From contig JAUCSC010000001.1 of the NCBI GenBank assembly GCA_030445265.1, positions 482,494 through 546,493 of the forward strand: 64,000 bases of DNA, read 5' to 3'. The translations under genes and the position numbers were made by a program. The notes under the pieces were generated by a model. The model was not told the DNA's origin. It did no database searches and saw nothing but the letters and a program-made list of their open reading frames with translations. Positions within the stretch are counted from its first letter, which is position 1. The number at the start of each line of letters is the position of its first letter. Of the stretch, positions 61,553-64,000 are shown in pieces. Origin of the DNA: Candidatus Saccharimonadota bacterium. Lineage in GTDB: Bacteria; Patescibacteriota; Saccharimonadia; Saccharimonadales; Saccharimonadaceae.

Positions 61553-61616
61553 AAATGAGAAGGGCGGCAGAAATATCTCTATCTCTGCCGCCCTGGCGGG
61601 TGATCTCCGGAAACAG

Positions 61617-62012
61617 CTAGGAAGTAGCCGCGCTCTGGTGACCTGCCCGTTTGGACCCATGGAGCCGTTTGTTCTTGAGCCACTGGACTCCTCCGAAGAG
61701 GAAGCGCCCACCAGCCCCGATCGCGATGACCACGACGCCGACGATGAACATCGTGACGTAGACCGCATCCGGCACATGGAACTCGGAGTAGTTGACGCCT
61801 TCCGGCGCCAGGTGCCGCTCCATCCATTCGTAGATCCAGAGACCGGCGAAGGCGAAGAGGACACCGATACTGACCACCATGGGCCAGTAGTTGCTCTTCT
61901 TGAAGTAGTAGAAGGTACCGATGAGCCCCGCGAGGCTCAGAGCCCCTAGGAACGCGTACAGTACGACAGCAAACATGATTCCCCAATCCATTGTGTTGTA
62001 CCGTTGCCACAT
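61617..62012 (-). CDS. Small 3-TM membrane protein (start 62012 or 61991)
   Basis: Three hydrophobic helices; consensus TTGACA-17-TATAAT at 62057-62029; hairpin at 61561-61594 downstream. Confidence 0.6.
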   Translation of the reverse strand: MWQRYNTMDWGIMFAVVLYAFLGALSLAGLIGTFYYFKKSNYWPMVVSIGVLFAFAGLWIYEWMERHLAPEGVNYSEFHVPDAVYVTMFIVGVVVIAIGAGGRFLFGGVQWLKNKRLHGSKRAGHQSAATS

Positions 62013-62073
62013 AGCAACAGTGTATTTCATTATAGCATAATCGTAATGATTTGTCAATATACCCCTAAGACAC

Positions 62074-62366
62074 AAAAAAGCGCCAGGTAAGGGTGGGCAT
62101 CACCTGGCGCCATGTTGCCCTTTAACCCACCGCGAGGGCCCAGAGGAAGTCTGGAGCGCGACCCACCTCACACAGATAAGAGGTCCGCCGGTTAAAGGGA
62201 TTAGTATACGCATAATGCTTTTGACGCCAAAGCAGTGGAGGGTAGATACTACTGAAGCACATTATGCGTAACCTAACAGAGATGATAATCGGTATATACA
62301 TACGTTTTATCACTGTTAAAATAGGGGGTATAAGGTGCTTGGTTATCCTCGCTGAATAACCAATCG
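62074..62366 (-). ncRNA. Candidate stand-alone structured RNA (~290 nt)
   Basis: Promoter TTGACA-17-TAATAT (62401-62373); perfect 11-bp and 10-bp stems; GC terminator followed by T6. Confidence 0.5.
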
Positions 62367-62422
62367 TACCTCATATTAGCACTTATCTTTAATAATGTCA
62401 ATAGCCTTGCAACATAAATATT

Positions 62423-63280
62423 ATGAAAATCAATAGCATCGCACCAGATAAGCATAAGTATCTCCAGATTGTGACCACTATTGCTAAACCTCCGATAAAG
62501 TTCTTTTATAGTGGTACATTGCCGGAAGACCGGGTTACGAGTGTGGCGATTGTCGGTACTCGCAAGCCGACACCCTATGGCAGAGAAGTGACCTATCAGC
62601 TGGCATATGACTTAGCGAAGCAAGGTGTCGTCATTATCAGCGGGTTAGCGCTCGGTATCGACGGCATCGCCCATAAGGCAGCCCTGGATGCTGGCGGAAG
62701 GACGATCGCCATTCTTGCCAACGGTCTTGATACGATTTATCCATCAACCCATCGCTCACTCGCGCAATCGATCATAGAGAAGGGGGGAGCAATCCTCAGC
62801 GAATATGACATCGGTGTTGAACCGCGAGTATATCAATTTCTAGCACGCAACCGTATCGTGGCAGCGCTCAGTGATGCCGTCATCGTGACAGAAGCCGCAG
62901 CTCGCAGCGGCACGATGGCTACCGTTGCCCACGCGCTTGAACAGAATAAGGAGATATTCGCGATTCCTGGCAATATTACCAGCCCGATGAGCAGCGGCTG
63001 CAATACGATACTGAAGCAAGGAGCCCACGTACTGACGAGTGCGGACGACGTCTTAGAGATTCTCTCTGTCAACTTACCAGGCAGTCAGCAGCTTTTACCT
63101 CTCGGTACCACACCTCTCGAGACAGTCATTATCGCCCTCTTACAAGCAGGCATTCGGGACGGCGACGAGCTCCAAGAAAAGTCGAGCGCCCCTGCCAGTG
63201 ATTTTGCTCAAGCGCTCACGATGCTGGAAATCAATGGCGTCATCCGAGCACTAGGGGCAAATCAGTGGACGCTGAAGTAG
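62423..63280 (+). CDS. dprA: DNA-processing protein DprA
   Basis: VAIVGTR, ISGLALGIDG, ARNRIV and EAAARSG. Confidence 0.96.
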   Translation: MKINSIAPDKHKYLQIVTTIAKPPIKFFYSGTLPEDRVTSVAIVGTRKPTPYGREVTYQLAYDLAKQGVVIISGLALGIDGIAHKAALDAGGRTIAILANGLDTIYPSTHRSLAQSIIEKGGAILSEYDIGVEPRVYQFLARNRIVAALSDAVIVTEAAARSGTMATVAHALEQNKEIFAIPGNITSPMSSGCNTILKQGAHVLTSADDVLEILSVNLPGSQQLLPLGTTPLETVIIALLQAGIRDGDELQEKSSAPASDFAQALTMLEINGVIRALGANQWTLK

Positions 63281-63362
63281 CCCCCATTTACAAACGGTTG
63301 CAACCTGCGGTATAACTAAGCACTGTGTTGACGCGTCCATAAGCGTCATAATGGATATATAT

Positions 63363-64000
63363 ATGAGTAAGAACGTTGTTATTGTAGAATCACCAGCCAA
63401 GGCTAAGACTATCGGGAAGTATCTCGGTAAGGACTTTACCGTGCTTTCCAGCATTGGGCATATTCGCTCAATCGCCAAGAAGACCAAGACGGGCACGCCG
63501 CCAATTGATATCGAGAATGATTTTAAGACAACCTATGAAATCGATCCAGATAAGAAAAAAACGATTACCGAATTGAAAAAAGCCGTGAAAATTGCCGAGA
63601 CCGTCTGGCTCGCAACCGATGAAGACCGCGAAGGGGAGGCGATCGCATGGCATCTCTGTGAAGTCCTGGGCCTCGACCCAAAGACGACCAACCGCATCGT
63701 TTTTCATGAAATCACCAAAACGGCCATTGAAGAGGCAGTAAAAAAGCCTCGCACCGTTGATATGCAGCTGGTCCAAGCCCAGCAAGCGCGCCAAATTCTT
63801 GACCGCCTGGTAGGCTTTGAACTCAGCCCAGTCATCTGGCAAAAAGTACCTGGTGGTAAATCAGCCGGTCGCGTCCAGTCGCCAGCCGTCCGTCTCCTCG
63901 TCGAACGCGAACGAGAAATTCAAGCTTTTGAGGGCTCATACCAATTCCGCGTCACCGCTGAATTCGACCATCCGGAAGGTATCGTCCGTGCCGAGCTGCC
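63363..64000 (+). CDS. topA: DNA topoisomerase I (partial, runs off right edge)
   Basis: MSKNVVIVESPAKAKTI, SIGHIR, ATDEDREGEAIAWH and SAGRVQS. Confidence 0.97.
   Translation, partial: MSKNVVIVESPAKAKTIGKYLGKDFTVLSSIGHIRSIAKKTKTGTPPIDIENDFKTTYEIDPDKKKTITELKKAVKIAETVWLATDEDREGEAIAWHLCEVLGLDPKTTNRIVFHEITKTAIEEAVKKPRTVDMQLVQAQQARQILDRLVGFELSPVIWQKVPGGKSAGRVQSPAVRLLVEREREIQAFEGSYQFRVTAEFDHPEGIVRAEL

Noticed and set aside
62122-62313. 63-aa ORF
   Set aside because: No SD, atypical composition, and it overlaps perfect RNA stems; the region is treated as non-coding.

Overview
This is a chromosomal segment of a small-genome bacterium, most likely Candidatus Saccharibacteria (TM7, Patescibacteria/CPR). 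That assignment is inferred from gene content and style: Saccharibacteria-like pilins, a sortase, a DUF3048 protein, an F1Fo operon and many leaderless genes; the genetic code appears standard, with TGA as stop. Housekeeping genes include a complete atp operon, gltX, smpB, xth, dus, an RlmD-type methyltransferase, a DEAD-box helicase, a UvrD-nuclease fusion, der, pth, dprA, a partial topA, and tRNA-Gln(CTG), -Leu(CAA) and -Glu(CTC). Accessory content includes a DinB/SRAP repair cluster with a catalytically degenerate SRAP paralogue, an AT-rich AAA_21/RloB (AbiL-like) islet with a serine-recombinase relic at tRNA-Gln, and a KAP-NTPase islet at tRNA-Glu. Surface genes include two tandem pilins with identical 5' ends, a pilin-like protein with three phage tail-collar domains and a WxL/DUF916-like pair; there are also two kinase/receiver pairs. 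The most unexplained signal is a set of promoter-to-terminator, strongly base-paired intergenic transcription units: 4086-4247, 21155-21830 (containing an unlisted 50-aa zinc-finger ORF) and 62074-62366, plus an attenuator-like leader upstream of the dinB operon. All family assignments come from motif recognition by eye; no database searches were run.
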